DNA from: Catajapyx aquilonaris
Lineage: Eukaryota
Assembly: GCA_000934665.2 (NCBI GenBank)
Contig: JYFJ02002296.1
Coordinates: 1-60,026 of the forward strand
Reading direction: 5' to 3'
Length of the DNA: 60,026 nt
Numbering within the stretch: position 1 is the stretch's first letter; each line of letters starts with the position of its first letter. Below the pieces are notes generated by a model. That model did no database searches and was not told the origin of the DNA. It worked only from the letters and a program-made list of their open reading frames with translations. Made by a program: the position numbers and the translations under genes. Positions 44,401 to 57,746 of the stretch are shown here, piece after piece.

Positions 44401-47400
44401 AGCTATTTAAAGCAGTGGTTCCCAACCTAAATCTTCGTGGTAAACTATCCTATAAAATTTATTGCAAGTAAAAATTATTACCGCGACCCAGAGGTTGGGA
44501 ACCACTGATCTAAAGTGTATTAATATAATTTGGAACCTGGTAACACTTTATTGTAATTCCCTCATGTGCAGCTTACCAGGAACAGGGTGAGCAGTAATAA
44601 GTGTAGTTATTTTTTCAAGTACAGCATGCTTCAAAGAGTGACTGCTTACTGATAGTTCTTTTAATTAATTACTCTTGATTGGCCTCCACTTGCATGAAAT
44701 TGTACTGTATTTTCTATCTGCGCAGATTACCAGGGACAGGGTGAGCTATTTATTAATTTTTACTTGAAGTCATTGTCATTTGTTTTAGTCGTATTGTGCT
44801 TCTGAACTAGATCTGTGATAGGTCACAGCCTGATAATTCAATAGTACAGTTTGTTTTGTAGCATTGTTCATAAGTTGCATGATATTGTACTGTGATTCTA
44901 TTTGTGCAGAATACCAGGGACATGGTGAGTTATCACGTTGCAATCTTGCCTATTGTAATACTGTAGTAACAGAGGATCTGGTTATTCTTGCTGCTTTAGC
45001 TGTTCAATTTCAGTTATTAAATGTGCATGATATGCAATATTGTTATCTGTGCAGATTACCAAGGACAAGGTGAGCCAATAAAATAATCACTATTATTATT
45101 ATTAGTAATAGTAACCTCAGGTACCCGATCGTAGTTGTAGTGCTTAATATTGATGTAGTAACCCAAAATGCAGCTTGGTAACATGGACACTGTTCTAACT
45201 ATGTGTTTCCATGCGGTTAAGGCAATTATTGTCCTCTTAGAAATATTCGGAAACAAATATTTTACCTTTTGGGATCGTGCAGTCTTCAAATATTTAACCC
45301 TCACGTTGCAGTATCTTTTATTTTGACTCGGGTCATTTTCGCAGGTGCTAAATTTGACTTAATTGGAAAATCAATGGCACCCTGAAATACCCCCTTGATT
45401 GTCAGCATGAAACATTACCCCAATGACACTTGTTCTGACCACCTGTGGTGCTATCATTTAATAATAATTTAAAAAACCCTTGCTATGACCTTGGAATAAT
45501 TAAATGCAAACCGATGCATTAGATTTAATTAAAATTAGTGTTTCAAGAACATTATATACTGTTGTACTGCTTTTACAGCAAAAAGTGAGTTGAAACACAC
45601 AACTTCACCCTGCGTAGAGTCAACAACACTCGTGCGCTCCCCTCCACATCTTGCTTTCCTTTTTCCCCCCGTTTGGTAACTACTATCGTATTTTTAAATA
45701 TTGGCCCCTGTGTTTGACTCTAAATAACTCCCAGGAAAATGGTCCAAAAAAATAACGTTACACATCGTTAGAAAGCTGGTTTAAATCTACGTGCGAGTTA
45801 TTTACCTACCCTCATCGTGTAATTATAGTATTATGCATCTTATTTTCACTAACTAATATTTTACGTAAGTGTGCGAGGGCTTGAAATCCCATTCAAATTC
45901 TGACTGAACACATGTAAATGCTGCATAACGCTTTAATTTTGGTGGAGGGGCACACATTGACCAGGTGCTGGGATTCACCAGCATAGCCAAATGAAACTTT
46001 GCGTTTTGTAATCCTTATTTCTGTCTCTTAATGCAGACTACCTGGGACATGGTAAGTAGCCTACATGCCACAATGCTTGGTAATTCGGTAATAAATAGGC
46101 TCGGCCTAATTAAATTTTGCGCATTCCCATGATGCCAAAGCCTGTTGAGAGTGTGGCATGCAAAATTGAGTGCAATTTGATACTGACAAAGAGTGTAAAC
46201 AAGAGATGAAAAGAGTGGTGGTTAGCAGGTGCATAATTGAAGAGGTTTTAGTGCAAACCATGTTATGTGCACTTATTCTAATGCAGGTTAAGTGCAAGGT
46301 AGAAAAAAATATGCTGACGTGATTTTGTAAATTGTTTTGCAGACTTTCTCTGCAAATTAGTTCTAAGTGTCGAGCAATTGCAGTTTGGTAAAAGGAGTAG
46401 GTGAAGGGATTGGCATTTTTTCTTAGGGAGTATAACTTTCCCCCTTCCCTTTTTTTCCCCCCTTCCCACCTTCTCCACCCCTTTAACTCAAGCTCAGGTC
46501 CCTCACCTGTGCAGTTTCCACCTGGTTGATTCCATCCACATCCCCCCCAGCCCCCTCTTGGCTCTCCACCTCTCCCCCAACCCACCTCCACAAGACCACA
46601 TTCCCAGGTACAGTTACAACCTGTGACGTTGGCTTCCCTAATCTCACACTTATCACACATGCACACTACACTCACCACACCACCAAGACTTTAAACCCCA
46701 AGTGCATCTGCTGCACGCAGGTGGTCTTCAGTCAGTGCTAACCCTGATTTTGTACCCAACATTAGCGGTTAATATTTGCAACAGTGGCAAAAAAAACAGT
46801 GCGGTGATCTCAGTGCAGTTTCATCAGTGACCAGATGGCAGGGATTTTCTGTGACAAGTGAAGTCATGTAGGGAGCCTAAATTAGTGTTGCATTTAAAAA
46901 TTGAATGTGCGTTGAATCTGGTAGCTATAAAGTAATGCAGTTAGTGCATGATCCGAGGAAATGTCAATAAGCAATTTGGGTAATTGAGATTTCTTTGAAA
47001 AATGTGGGCTCGTCGGCAGAGCAGTGAATCTCAGGACAGGAGCTCTTTGAGTGCTTCCCCGGGTTTGGACGACTACCAGGAGGACCCTCTTCCTGGCCTG
47101 AGATCTGGTGACAGTGAGGACAGTAGTGTTGAAGAAGGTGGGGGAGTGGTTGGGGAGGAGGAAGAGGGGGAGGAGGATGGGTGGGAAGATGTCGGGGGTG
47201 GGTATGACAGTGATGGGGTGAGGGTTGAGGCAGAACTGGAGGGGGATGGGGTGGTCAGGGTCAGGTTCGAGGACCTGGGAAAGCCTGGCAGGCCGCCCAG
47301 GATATCCAGTCCAGGACTATTCAAGAGGTTCCTCGCACTTGTACAAGGTAGAGAGAGAGAGAGAGAGAGGAATGGTACCGAGGTGGAGGGATGTTTTCAT

Positions 47401-50400
47401 TCACCCTGTGTGATAAGGTATTATCAGCGACACAGAATATCCAACACGCCCCGCTTAGGAAAACATGAAAATATGCCAATCCTAATAAGCGTGACCTTGA
47501 CTTGAAATCATGAATTGCGGAAGAGTGATATCAATTGAAGATAATTTCATGCAGTTTGTGTCTGCAGTCCTGAGATTGCATTCGTGACCTTGCTTCACTT
47601 CATAATTAGTCACCTGACATATCTGTCAATATTGTAAATTAAAATGTACAGGTAGTACCGCTTTTACAACATCGGAATGCAATATTTTTGCAAAATCTCC
47701 AGAAATGTTTTAGAAGCAGTGTCACAACCTGATTGTTTTGCCTCAGAGAAAAGCCTCCATTGTTTCATCTTCATCCACAAGCACTAGTGACTAAAACTGG
47801 AGCAGAATTTGTGCTGAAGTAGAGCATATAAAGTGGAAATGGATGGAAGTGGCTTCTTAGGAGAAAGGAGAATGAAGTGAATTGTTAGGACATCATTGAG
47901 GATAAACACTGGGAAAGTTCCGCAAGTGCTGGCCATAAGGATATTGTTCCGCCCATGAATTGGAAATGTGTGTGACCACTTGAAATGCTCTTTATTTTTA
48001 ATGCTGATTGGCAGTTAATTATTACATATTAAAAACGTCGTGTTTTTCATTCTCTTAGTGAAGTTAACAGAAGCTGTTAAGGCCAAAACACAAAAAGATT
48101 TTGCGGCAGCGTCAAGCGGCAAACGCCTGCCCCGCCAATTATTATTAATTAGTGGCAATAATAAATATAAATAATAAATATGCCGCAACGCATGCCGTTT
48201 GCTGCGCGTTTTTTTTTTTTTTTTTTGTGAAATGGCCTTTAGAGCGAGAGAGATTTCGGGAAGATAGAAAACCCATACAAAAAGTTTGCTATAAAGTCAT
48301 ACTATACATAATTTGAGTTGGCACATGTAAATCAGTTGGAACTGTGCTAAGGCATAGGATGTGTTCTAGCATGGAGAGCATAAATTTCTCATAGCATTTG
48401 CAAATCATGAGTGGTGGCATTGAGGCTCGGATTTTAAATTTTCTTGATGTCAATACCCTACTTGCTCGTAGCTTTCCCCCCCGATTACGCAGACGTGACG
48501 TAAAATACTGTAGTTATCGTGGGCCTGACCATAGCTGCTGTTTCTACCTGGTAATGATCTAGAAAGTTGACAACAACAAACTTCAGCAAGCACTTAGATT
48601 ATCCTACGCACTACTGAGAAAATGATTATATGTTTATGCTTGGATGATAAAAGTAATGTGGTTTGCCTGCGTTGCCTACAACACGTGATTAGTACAAATG
48701 AATCCTGAAAACCATCAGTACAGTGTTGCATGTCTTTCAGGAAGCATTGCATCGAGGAGTTTTGAACATTTCAATTCAATGCTCAAATGAGGGAGATGAT
48801 ACCCCATCAGCTGAGAGTTTTTGAATAATACATTTTTATGCTGCGCCGTGCATAACCTAAGAACATTGCTAGCTCATTGCGAGTTAATTACGACATTATT
48901 CCCTATGGATATGCACTCACAGGTCTAATGACAGCTGATATCAGTGAATGGTTTTAAGCAAGAAATTCCTGGATGTTGGATTCTGATGATGATTTTTATT
49001 GACAGCGGAAGAAGCGATGGAACCTGGTAATGGAGATGGCAACATGGCAATGGGGGTGGGTCCCATGGAGCACACGGGACCCGCTCAAGTCCTCCTGTCC
49101 CCAACATCCCAAGCCGAACTGGAGAGGAACAGAGAAGAGTGGAAGCTGGAGCTGGCACAGGTTGAGGAGGAGATCAACACACTCAGGCAGGTTCTGGGGG
49201 CTAAGGTGCTGAGGTCGCAGGAACTCAAGAGGAAGCTTGGAATCACCGTCTGGAGGGAATTCCAGGACGACATGTCACAGGGACTCAAGAATGTCAAGGA
49301 GTCCAATGTGTATGTATTTCATATAGTTTATTGGGATGATCATTGTGGTGTAGGAATAAGCGTGTCGTGAACAGCAGTGAATACTGCACTCATGCACCAA
49401 AGGGTTGCATGTGCACTGTAAGGTCGGATAGTCCCCTTTTTCTTCTTTTTTTCTGACAAAAAAACTGGTGGCCATTCACTCCAGGGGGTGGCTTTCAAGG
49501 CCAGACCAATGGGGTTGGAGCACCTCTGAAGTCATGTCAATTTTTTATAATGAAGATTGCTCAAATAATAATATATTGGTATAGGTAATTGTGTCATTGC
49601 ACGTTTCCTCTGCATTCTTATGCCACATCAAGGGATACTTAAAATGTATGGACTGAAGTGAAGGCATGAATTCTGATATAATTGCTTGGCAGCCGTGATC
49701 ACACTTCATCAGGATTAATTTCTAGTGGTAGCTATGGGTAGGCATACATTATCATCTTCATTTGAATCATTTTATTTGTACGAGGGTGACTCAAAAAGTA
49801 ATAATATTGGCAACTTTTTAAATTCTGAAGCTTCACAACAGAAACTGAAACTGACATTACATATGAAAGGGCAAGCCTTTCTCTACTTTTAGACGTAGTC
49901 ATCATACTATTTGGTGCACTTGTCCTACCGGGACTTGCCCTTTTTTATATGTGCATGTCAGTTTCAGTTTCTGTGGTTTCAGAAATAAAAAAAGTTGCCA
50001 ATTACTTTTTGATTCGCTCTCGTAAATTGAAATATCAATCTCATTATCATCAGTCACCATTACATCATTTCTCATGTCAGGGACAAATCAGAACAAGTTA
50101 AATTGCAAAATGTGAGTGAAAAAGTGAATCTACTATCAATTTTGTAGGGGTGGCATTTGATCAAAAATATATAAAGTCCAGAACCTGCTTTGTCAAGCAG
50201 GTCTACGCGCAAAGCTATAAACTTGTGGAAGAGGCTGCTTGGTCCACTCTACAATGTCCATTCAGTTGTGCAGATGGTGTGCTATAGTGTATATTTGTAG
50301 AACATCATAAACATTCCTTGCCGCATGCAATGAGGAAGTTGTCAGAGCACAATGCACTTTTGTGTGAATAGTTGGCTGCTACTCTAGGTCCAAGAGTAGT

Positions 50401-53400
50401 AAAGTTGTTTAGGCTACTTTTTAGGTAACTGTAACTGAAGGAGAAGATGCTGGTAAAACCAGATAGGAAAAAAAAGAAGTGCTATAACAATGGTGGTGAA
50501 ACATGTGCAATGGATTTTACATTAGGCCTTGTTGGGCAGGCACACCCCACTCCTATGTACGGTCGTGAGCATAAAGATGTGGACTAGACCAAAGCTCTTC
50601 CTCTGCCTAGATTACATGCGCATGCATCTCTTGGATGAGAGCACTTTTGGCTGCAAGTTTTTTCCCCCCTTTGAACATCTACCTCATTTTCATTATTGCT
50701 TATATTGCCACAAATTTATTACACTTTTTCCTCGTTATTAGACATGACAAAGGAAATTTTGCTTTCACAGGGGAAATCTGCAAACTTGACATATATTACA
50801 ACCGAGAATATCATTGCAACTAGTCCCACAGTTTCTGTCAATCCTGTGCCTGCAGCACATCCCACAATAGCCGAAGCTCACGTACAATAGAAAATGATTG
50901 GCGTCATGAATGCAAACCACAAAACAAGTAATCCATGCTGAGTTACGAGGTCACATATCAGTTGTCTTTTTCCCCCCCCTCTGATCCAGATGTACAATAC
51001 ACACTTGCTAGGTTCAGTATGCATTCCAATACCTCAATCCGTGACTCACTCTACTTAACGTGGATATCATGTTTGTACCCTACCTTTCTCTGTAAAGAAG
51101 TACTCTTAAAAATCTTCAACAAACAAAAAAAAAAACCATTTTATTGGTACATGTGCAAGTGTGGCTAATTAATATTCCTTGTTTGATTTAGAGTGAAGAT
51201 TGCAATAATTATTTGCACTCAGTTACTTTTACATTGTAGATAGAAATTTACAAAAATATGTGCATGGCTCAGGTATTATTATGCTTTGGTGGCAGCTTAT
51301 TTTGTGTTCCACGAAGTTTATTAATGTGTCACACTAGATCTATTTGGGTTTTTAGATCAAGGAAATGTGGTTGTGGCTTCTGCGCAAGAAGAGAGATCCA
51401 GACAGACGTGGCTTGTTCGTGTCAAGTTTGGACCCGATTGTGCTACTGGTGATGGTGACAGGGTAGTTCAAAGGGGCTGCATTTTCATGCACTGCCCTAA
51501 GCCATGGCATCGAAGTTAGAACAGTGCTCGTTGTGTCATATTGTGTCATGCTGTACCTGAGGCCAGGACTGTCAATGCCCAGTACTATCGCAACTTCTTG
51601 GAACACCTGAGAGTAGCGATACAACGCAAGCGACCGCACTACCTGAACACCAGCCCTATCGTGTTGCACGATAATGCGCCTTGCCATGTTGCAGCTGCAG
51701 CAAGATACCGATTGCTTCGTTGGCGATGATAAACACTGGAGCACCTTCCCTACTCTCCAGACACGAGAAGTTGCGATAGTACTGGACATTGACATTCCTG
51801 TTTCGCCACATCGATTTTCAACCAAGAGCCATGGCTTAGGGCAGTGCACGAAGATGCAGCTCCTTTGAACTACCCTGTCACCGTCACCAGTAGCACAATC
51901 GGGTCCAAACTTGACATGAACAACCCCATGGCTGTCTGGATCTCCCTTCTTGCGCAGAAGCCACAACCCCATTACCGTGCGCAAGGGGAACAGGATGACC
52001 ACTATTTAAAATCCAACCCTCATATGTAAAGGTGACTTAACTTACATAGATGTGAATGATCCTGGGTGTAATTTTTTATCTCTTATTGCTAACTTGCTGT
52101 GTGTAGCATACAGATAATAGTGGGCTATTGCAGGGAAGGGGCTAATACTTAATACTGCAGTTGAGACAAAATAACCACCCAGCACAAGAATCAAGTAACA
52201 AAGTGATACATTTGTAACATGTTGCCAGAAGTAGCCAGAATTAGTATCATTCGGAGGCTATGTTCTCAAATTTCTGGTGCTGTAATTGAATTTCAGTTTT
52301 AAGAAAATTGAAGCGATGATTTTTCATTATATTATACACTCAATGTTACTGTATGTGTTTGTTCCTTGTATGCTTCTATTTGTTTGCAGATTGATTTTTC
52401 GCATGCAATTTCCTGCATGGTTGATGGCCCTTTCTTAATTTTTTTGTGTTACTTTTCAACACTTCTTGCTTGGCAGATATGTAAAAATGGAGGAGAAATT
52501 CTCTGATTTCCATCAGGCGGTTACGAGTGCACCCTTGTAAGTCTTTATTGTTATTTTAAAATCAAAATTGAATATAATGAAAGTTTCACATAACAATACA
52601 TGTATTAGATGTGTGTGGTCTTGTTGACGTGACAATTTCAGTTAACCGCAATAACAAAGTGAACTTATCACAGACTAGGTGTACTCTGTGGCCATAAAGA
52701 CAAATATGGTGCATGTTGCAATGAGATTACTGGAATGCCTGCAGATGCCAGTGGATATTCAGTCCGCTGCTGTATTTTTGCACTGGATGTAAGGCATTGC
52801 ATACACACAGTGCCTTGCAGCATGAATTATTATCCTCATCTTTATGGCCATAATAATGGCCCATACACACAGGCCGTCGGCGGTTTTGGTTTTTGGTTGC
52901 ATTTACGCCGCGGACCAATCATGACCCATGTGAACAAGCTCTAAACAATGGGTTGCGCTTGTTTACACGAGTCATGATTGGTCCGCGGCGTCAACACGAC
53001 CAAAAACCAAAACCGTCGACGGCCTGTGTGTATGGGCCTTAATACATAGAAAATTGTGAGGACCAGTGGGAATAGATGTGCTGCTCGACTGTCATGGAGA
53101 GGTGAAAAAGAGTTCATCAATGTTGCAAAATAATGTCTTACTTAGCGGTGCAGGTTTATGTTGAATCCAAATATATTGTGCTCACAACAACCCCTTTTCC
53201 CCTGCAGCCGTCCCTATGACAATTTCATCACTTAAATGTGTTTGATATTAACATTGTTAAAATGTTGGTTAACAGTGACTAAACATCAAATTAGTTGGCT
53301 AGCAATGTATGAACCAGGTAGTGATTTTCCTTTCATGTTAATTTTTAAAAAGTAGTGATTGCTTTGGATGCAGGAGTTTATTATCAGTACAGTCTGTGTT

Positions 53401-54211
53401 ATTAGTAGAGCTTGATTCTCAAAATTCCAATATCATATGTTTCTCATATTCCAATGTTGTTTGCTGCTTTAATTTTGGCTGCAATGTACTGTACAAGATC
53501 ATAGAGGTGGAGGACCTTATGGGCAGTTTGAGGTGTCTATTGCACTGAGGGCCGCTTGTTTTGTTCAATTAACATGTGTATAATTCAGTTCATAAGCATT
53601 GACATTGTTGTGCTTGGCAGGTACCAGAAGACAGAATATGCAGTGAAGGCAACTGCGGAGAAGACAGCAACACTCCTCGGAGGGTTGGGCCAGAAGCTGG
53701 GCGCACTGAAGAATTCCGATTCGTTCAGGTCCATCGAAGAAAGGGTCTCCACTACTGTCACCTCCGTCAAGGTTCGTGTACATCTTGAATCAGATCAATT
53801 TGGTCATTTTTTATTTGAAAATGTTAATCACAAAGTAACGTGCTTTATTATTAAATAGGACTGTAATTGTGTATTTGTCATTGTCAGTTGTCATTGACAC
53901 ACAGAGATGGTGGCAAGACACTTTGAAACTCTGGCCTTAAAGCCAACCAAGTTTGACTCATGTTTTTGAAAGATGGGTCCCGATAGAGACAATGAACCAG
54001 GGTCAGAGAGTGCAAAGAGGCATAATTACGCATCCTAAAGTACGATGCCACTTCCCTTTTCCAGTCCAAGATGGGTGGTTCCCGCTCGAACTCAATGCAT
54101 GGTTTTGACGAAGCTGTGGCAGCCCACGAAGCAACGTTGGGAGGAAAGTCAGCCAACGGGACCCCAACTGCCACCACACCCACTTCCATCCCTGAAAACA
54201 AGCCACTCTAG
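41477..54211 (+). CDS. TPD52-like: Tumor protein D52 family protein
   Basis: Exons 41477-41489 (MSLS, phase 1), optional microexons, 49006-49309 (EEWKLELAQVEEEINTLRQVLGAK..ELKRKLGITVW), 52477-52536, 53621-53771 (YQKT..LKNSDSFRSIEE) and 54065-54211; all phases are consistent. Confidence 0.92.
42981..43107. mobile_element. PIF/Harbinger-like palindromic MITE
   Basis: About 58-bp arms gggccggtttcaccaagcccgg...ccgggcttggtgaaaccggccc; flanks tag/tat. Confidence 0.8.
44323..46051 (+). CDS. Six paralogous 15-nt microexons of the TPD52-like gene
   Basis: 44323-44337, 44572-44586, 44726-44740, 44910-44924, 45055-45069 and 46037-46051; each is bounded by gcag and gtgag/gtaag and is phase 1-1. Confidence 0.85.
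44413..44507. mobile_element. hAT-like MITE
   Basis: TIR cagtggttcccaacct/aggttgggaaccactg; 8-bp flanks atttaaag/atctaaag. Confidence 0.85.
47002..47347 (+). CDS. Probable alternative first coding exon of the TPD52-like gene (acidic N-terminus)
   Basis: ATG-initiated 115-codon acidic frame ending CAA G|gtagag; phase 1 matches the acceptor at 49006. Confidence 0.6.
48080..48238. mobile_element. Harbinger-like MITE remnant
   Basis: aggccaaaacacaaaa / ttttgtgaaatggcct termini with tta flanks. Confidence 0.45.
49781..50022. mobile_element. Mariner-like MITE
   Basis: TA-cgagggtgactcaaaaagtaat ... attactttttgattcgctctcg-TA. Confidence 0.8.
51367..51969 (+). mobile_element. Mariner transposase remnant with internal inverted duplication
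   Basis: TVNAQYYRNFLEHLRVAIQRKRP..IVLHDNAPCH, flanked by ~140-bp inverted copies (about 51367-51508 and 51828-51969). Confidence 0.85.
52857..53039. mobile_element. PIF/Harbinger-like palindromic MITE
   Basis: ggcccatacacacaggccgtcg...cgacggcctgtgtgtatgggcc; TSD TAA. Confidence 0.85.
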
Positions 54212-56746
54212 TTCACTTCATGAAGATTCAAAGCCATAAAAAGCATTCGAAAATATACAAAAAAATACTAATTAACAATGTTGAACTGCATATACAGGTT
54301 ACACTTCCAAATTTAATGTGCCTTTTTGTTTTATGTTTTTTGTTTTTCCCCTACTTTGGCTCTCAGAGGGTTATTTTTTCATCCCCAGCTGCCATTTTAG
54401 GATCTATTTAATCTCCCCTCTATCACATATAATTATATTCACACTGTTTCAACTTACGAGGGGGATTAATTAGTGCTTTTTGGGGGTTCCTGTGCTAGAG
54501 CATATTTAAACATGGAAAAAGTAGCGCGTGGGGTGTGTACTAGTGGGAAGGTCCAAGTGCAAAGTGTTTTGCCTTATTATTGCTGTGTTGGGCTTAATTT
54601 TATTTTTCTCTCCTATGGAATCGTAACTAAGGGGGTTGGGTGGGTGGGAGGGAGGGTGGGAGGGATCTGAATCGACTTTGAAGTGCAGTTAATTATGCGT
54701 TTGCTGCAGTAGGATTATTGAAACGGGGGTATAAATGGTGAAATTTATTGTGGTAACAATAAATGTGGGCGTCGTGTCTGCCCTGAACAGCAATGCGCCT
54801 CTTTATTTTGCCCCAGACCACTGGAGATGTGATCTTGGTCCAAGTGATGACTGAAGAACGAAGACTTGATGCCCTTGTTTGCTTCTTCTTGCACTGCATT
54901 TGTTGCTTTTTTCAGGGTAGTAGTTACTGCATAATTATACAGTATAATTTTATTGTCATGTGGCTGAGAATTTATAGTCCAGGAAAGATATGGAAAAAAA
55001 TAACCCCCATAAAATTGGGATAGAAATGAGAAATGAAAATCTTCTTCCCCCCAGCATGTCAAGGGTGATGGAGGACACGTCATTATTTGGGCTGTCCACT
55101 TTAGTTGCATAGACTCTGTCTTGGAGTTGTGGAAATGCGAAAATAATATTCAGCATGTCCAGCACGTCGTCTGTGATCAAATTAAGTTCAGCTAACCACC
55201 ACACAACTTGCGTTTCCCCCTCTGTAGATGCTATGTTTGCATCTTCCAACAGCATTCCCCACAGGAGCACCACCGCATCACATTGGCCGTTCCAAAAATT
55301 AAGGATCAAACTTGATGAGTCTCCAGACTGCTTAAGGACATCGCTTGGAATTTTCAGTGTCATCCACACACTCTGCAATCTTGTACGCAAAATATAGCCA
55401 CATGTGTCGCTTCGAGGCGTGCCAAACTTTAAATTGTGGTTCTGCATGAAAATATTCATGTAAACATTCTAAATGACATGAAATTCTGGCTTATTTTCGT
55501 CATGTAACATTTTGTGCATGACGCTGACAGAAAGATTTTCAGGAAAATAATAATAATTTTCCTCTTGGTTACTCTGACACGCTGTGCAATACACATACAG
55601 TATATGCCTAATATATTTTTATAATACACCGGTATATTTTGTGTTCAGAGGAATACTATTTTGCTTATGGGGGGCATTAGATTCAAACACGACCAATTTA
55701 AGATTATCATGATTACGCATTTTATTGGGTAACCAATTAAAAATGACCATACATCATGATGGCATAAGCGCTTCTTGTTTCTTCTTTCAGCTCAATAAAT
55801 TATTGGAAAACGATATCAGAGGACCAATTCCGACCCTGCCAGGAAACATGTTATGGGATGGAATGCGGCAGAAATTATACGTAGGAATAGCCTTTTTTTT
55901 ACCGTTGCGTTGTCAAGAATAAATGACTTATGATAATAATAATAATATTTACAGTCTCTTTTCCAGCTTAATTCCAGATTGTATGCGGAATATTATTACT
56001 CTAATAATTGGCAAATAAACCAGTCGCATTCGGTCAAGCAATAGTTCAATTATTATCAATGTACTCCGAAATTTTCACGCCAACAGTACTGTACATATAG
56101 GAATCTACTACATTCTTGCAATTATTATCCTATTTAAAAATCCCACACCGAATGAATGACTACAACAGATCGTGCTATGAGAGTTCGTAGCAGATATTTT
56201 CAGCCATTCGCAACAATATTTATTACCCAACAATATTGATAGCACATGTTCTCGGTGAGTAATCTGCAATCATCAGTGACGCAAACCAGGAGCAAGAATA
56301 ATATTATTTTGCTTTATTCCATACAACCTCTTGCACTATTGGTATGGGAATAAAGAATATATTATCCCCTACCTATACCATGCGACATCATGCTGCTGCC
56401 TGCGCCAGGTTCAAAACAGCATAAATTTTTGAAGGCGAAAAGAGCAGCAAATATGCATATTTCATCTGGTATTAGGGTATACAAGTAAAGCGTATGTGCT
56501 AATCGTAATCAGCCTAACCGACTCCAAGGGGATTTAACTGAGGCAAGAAGCAAGTACAAGGACAAAATATGTTCAAGAGTACTCCCGATGCGGCTGTATA
56601 CTGACACTGACAAGTCGTCGCCCAGTCATCAATCACAACGACAAACCTGCATGACTATGCATCGTCGGCATTTTATCTGGTGAGATGGGGCTGAGTCTTG
56701 ATCTTATCACCAAACAAATATCACCAAACAAATCGAGGTGCCTAAC

Positions 56747-56820
56747 CAGTGGCGTCGCTAGGCCGGTGCGGGGGGTGCGGACCGCACCGGGTGCCACCCT
56801 CAAAGGGGGTGACACCCAAG
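56747..56820. mobile_element. hAT-like transposon end fragment
   Basis: cagtggcgtcgctagg start followed by a GC-rich hairpin; no partner TIR found. Confidence 0.4.
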
Positions 56821-56914
56821 TGATGTGTGAAATTTTTTGGAACCCTTGAGAGAATGTATGCTTTCTTTGCGGCTTCCACACATCGATGGAAACTACGGAA
56901 ATAATTTAAAGGTG

Positions 56915-57550
56915 TACGAGGGGTGATCAAAAAGTTCCCGGACTGTCGATATACCGTGAAATCCAGTGGAGGTACGAACTTGTGACGTTAGGGGGCGCTA
57001 GGTACACCTTTCATCTATTAGCCTGAAAAATTTCGTCTTCAAAGGTGCACATGTTTCCGAGTTTCGGCAGTTTTCTTGACACCGTGTTCTTGTGCTTCTG
57101 CGATTTTTCGAAATCGCTTATGTTAGGGAGCAAAAGATTTGAAAATATTTCTTCCAGCTCAACAAAACTTCGGATGCAACCAACCGAATGCTGAACAAGG
57201 CTTTTGATGAGCAAGTTGTAAGACAAGCAATAACATATATGAGTGGGTTAACAGCTTCGAAGGTGGCGCGTCAAGTTTGCAGCAAACTCAACTCAATAAT
57301 GCTGATCATTTTCTTTCACATTTTAGGAATTATGCATGTGGAGTTTCTCCCTCCTGGTAAAACAGTCAACGGCAAGTATTAGGGCCTACTGGGATGGTTT
57401 GAGACGATCAAATGGCCGGAGATGTGGAAGAACATATAGACTGGTTGCTGCACCATGACAATGCCGCCTGCACACACCTCACGCGTAGTCAGGGACTTCC
57501 TGATATAAAATAACATGACCACTGTTCCCCACCCTGCATATTCGTTGGCC
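56915..57550 (+). mobile_element. Degenerate mariner element
   Basis: TIR-like tacgaggggtgatcaaaaagttcc; frameshifted motifs HVEFLPPGKTVNGKY, WLLHHDNA and VPHPAYS. Confidence 0.85.
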
Positions 57551-57746
57551 AAGGAGGTACTCACTTCGGTACTCCGGTGTACACCTGCAGTGGTACTCTT
57601 TGGTACTCTTCGGTACTCCTTAGGTATACTCCTTGGTACTCCCTGGTGCTCCCTGGTGCTCCCAGACAATAAACAAAATAATATGCCTCTAACTTCGGGA
57701 GCTTTTCCCTCTGGTGTCGTGCTTCCAATCCCAAGGGGCTAAAAAA

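Noticed and set aside
46287..46298. 12-nt candidate microexon gttaagtgcaag
   Set aside because: It introduces a TAA stop in the required phase-1 frame.
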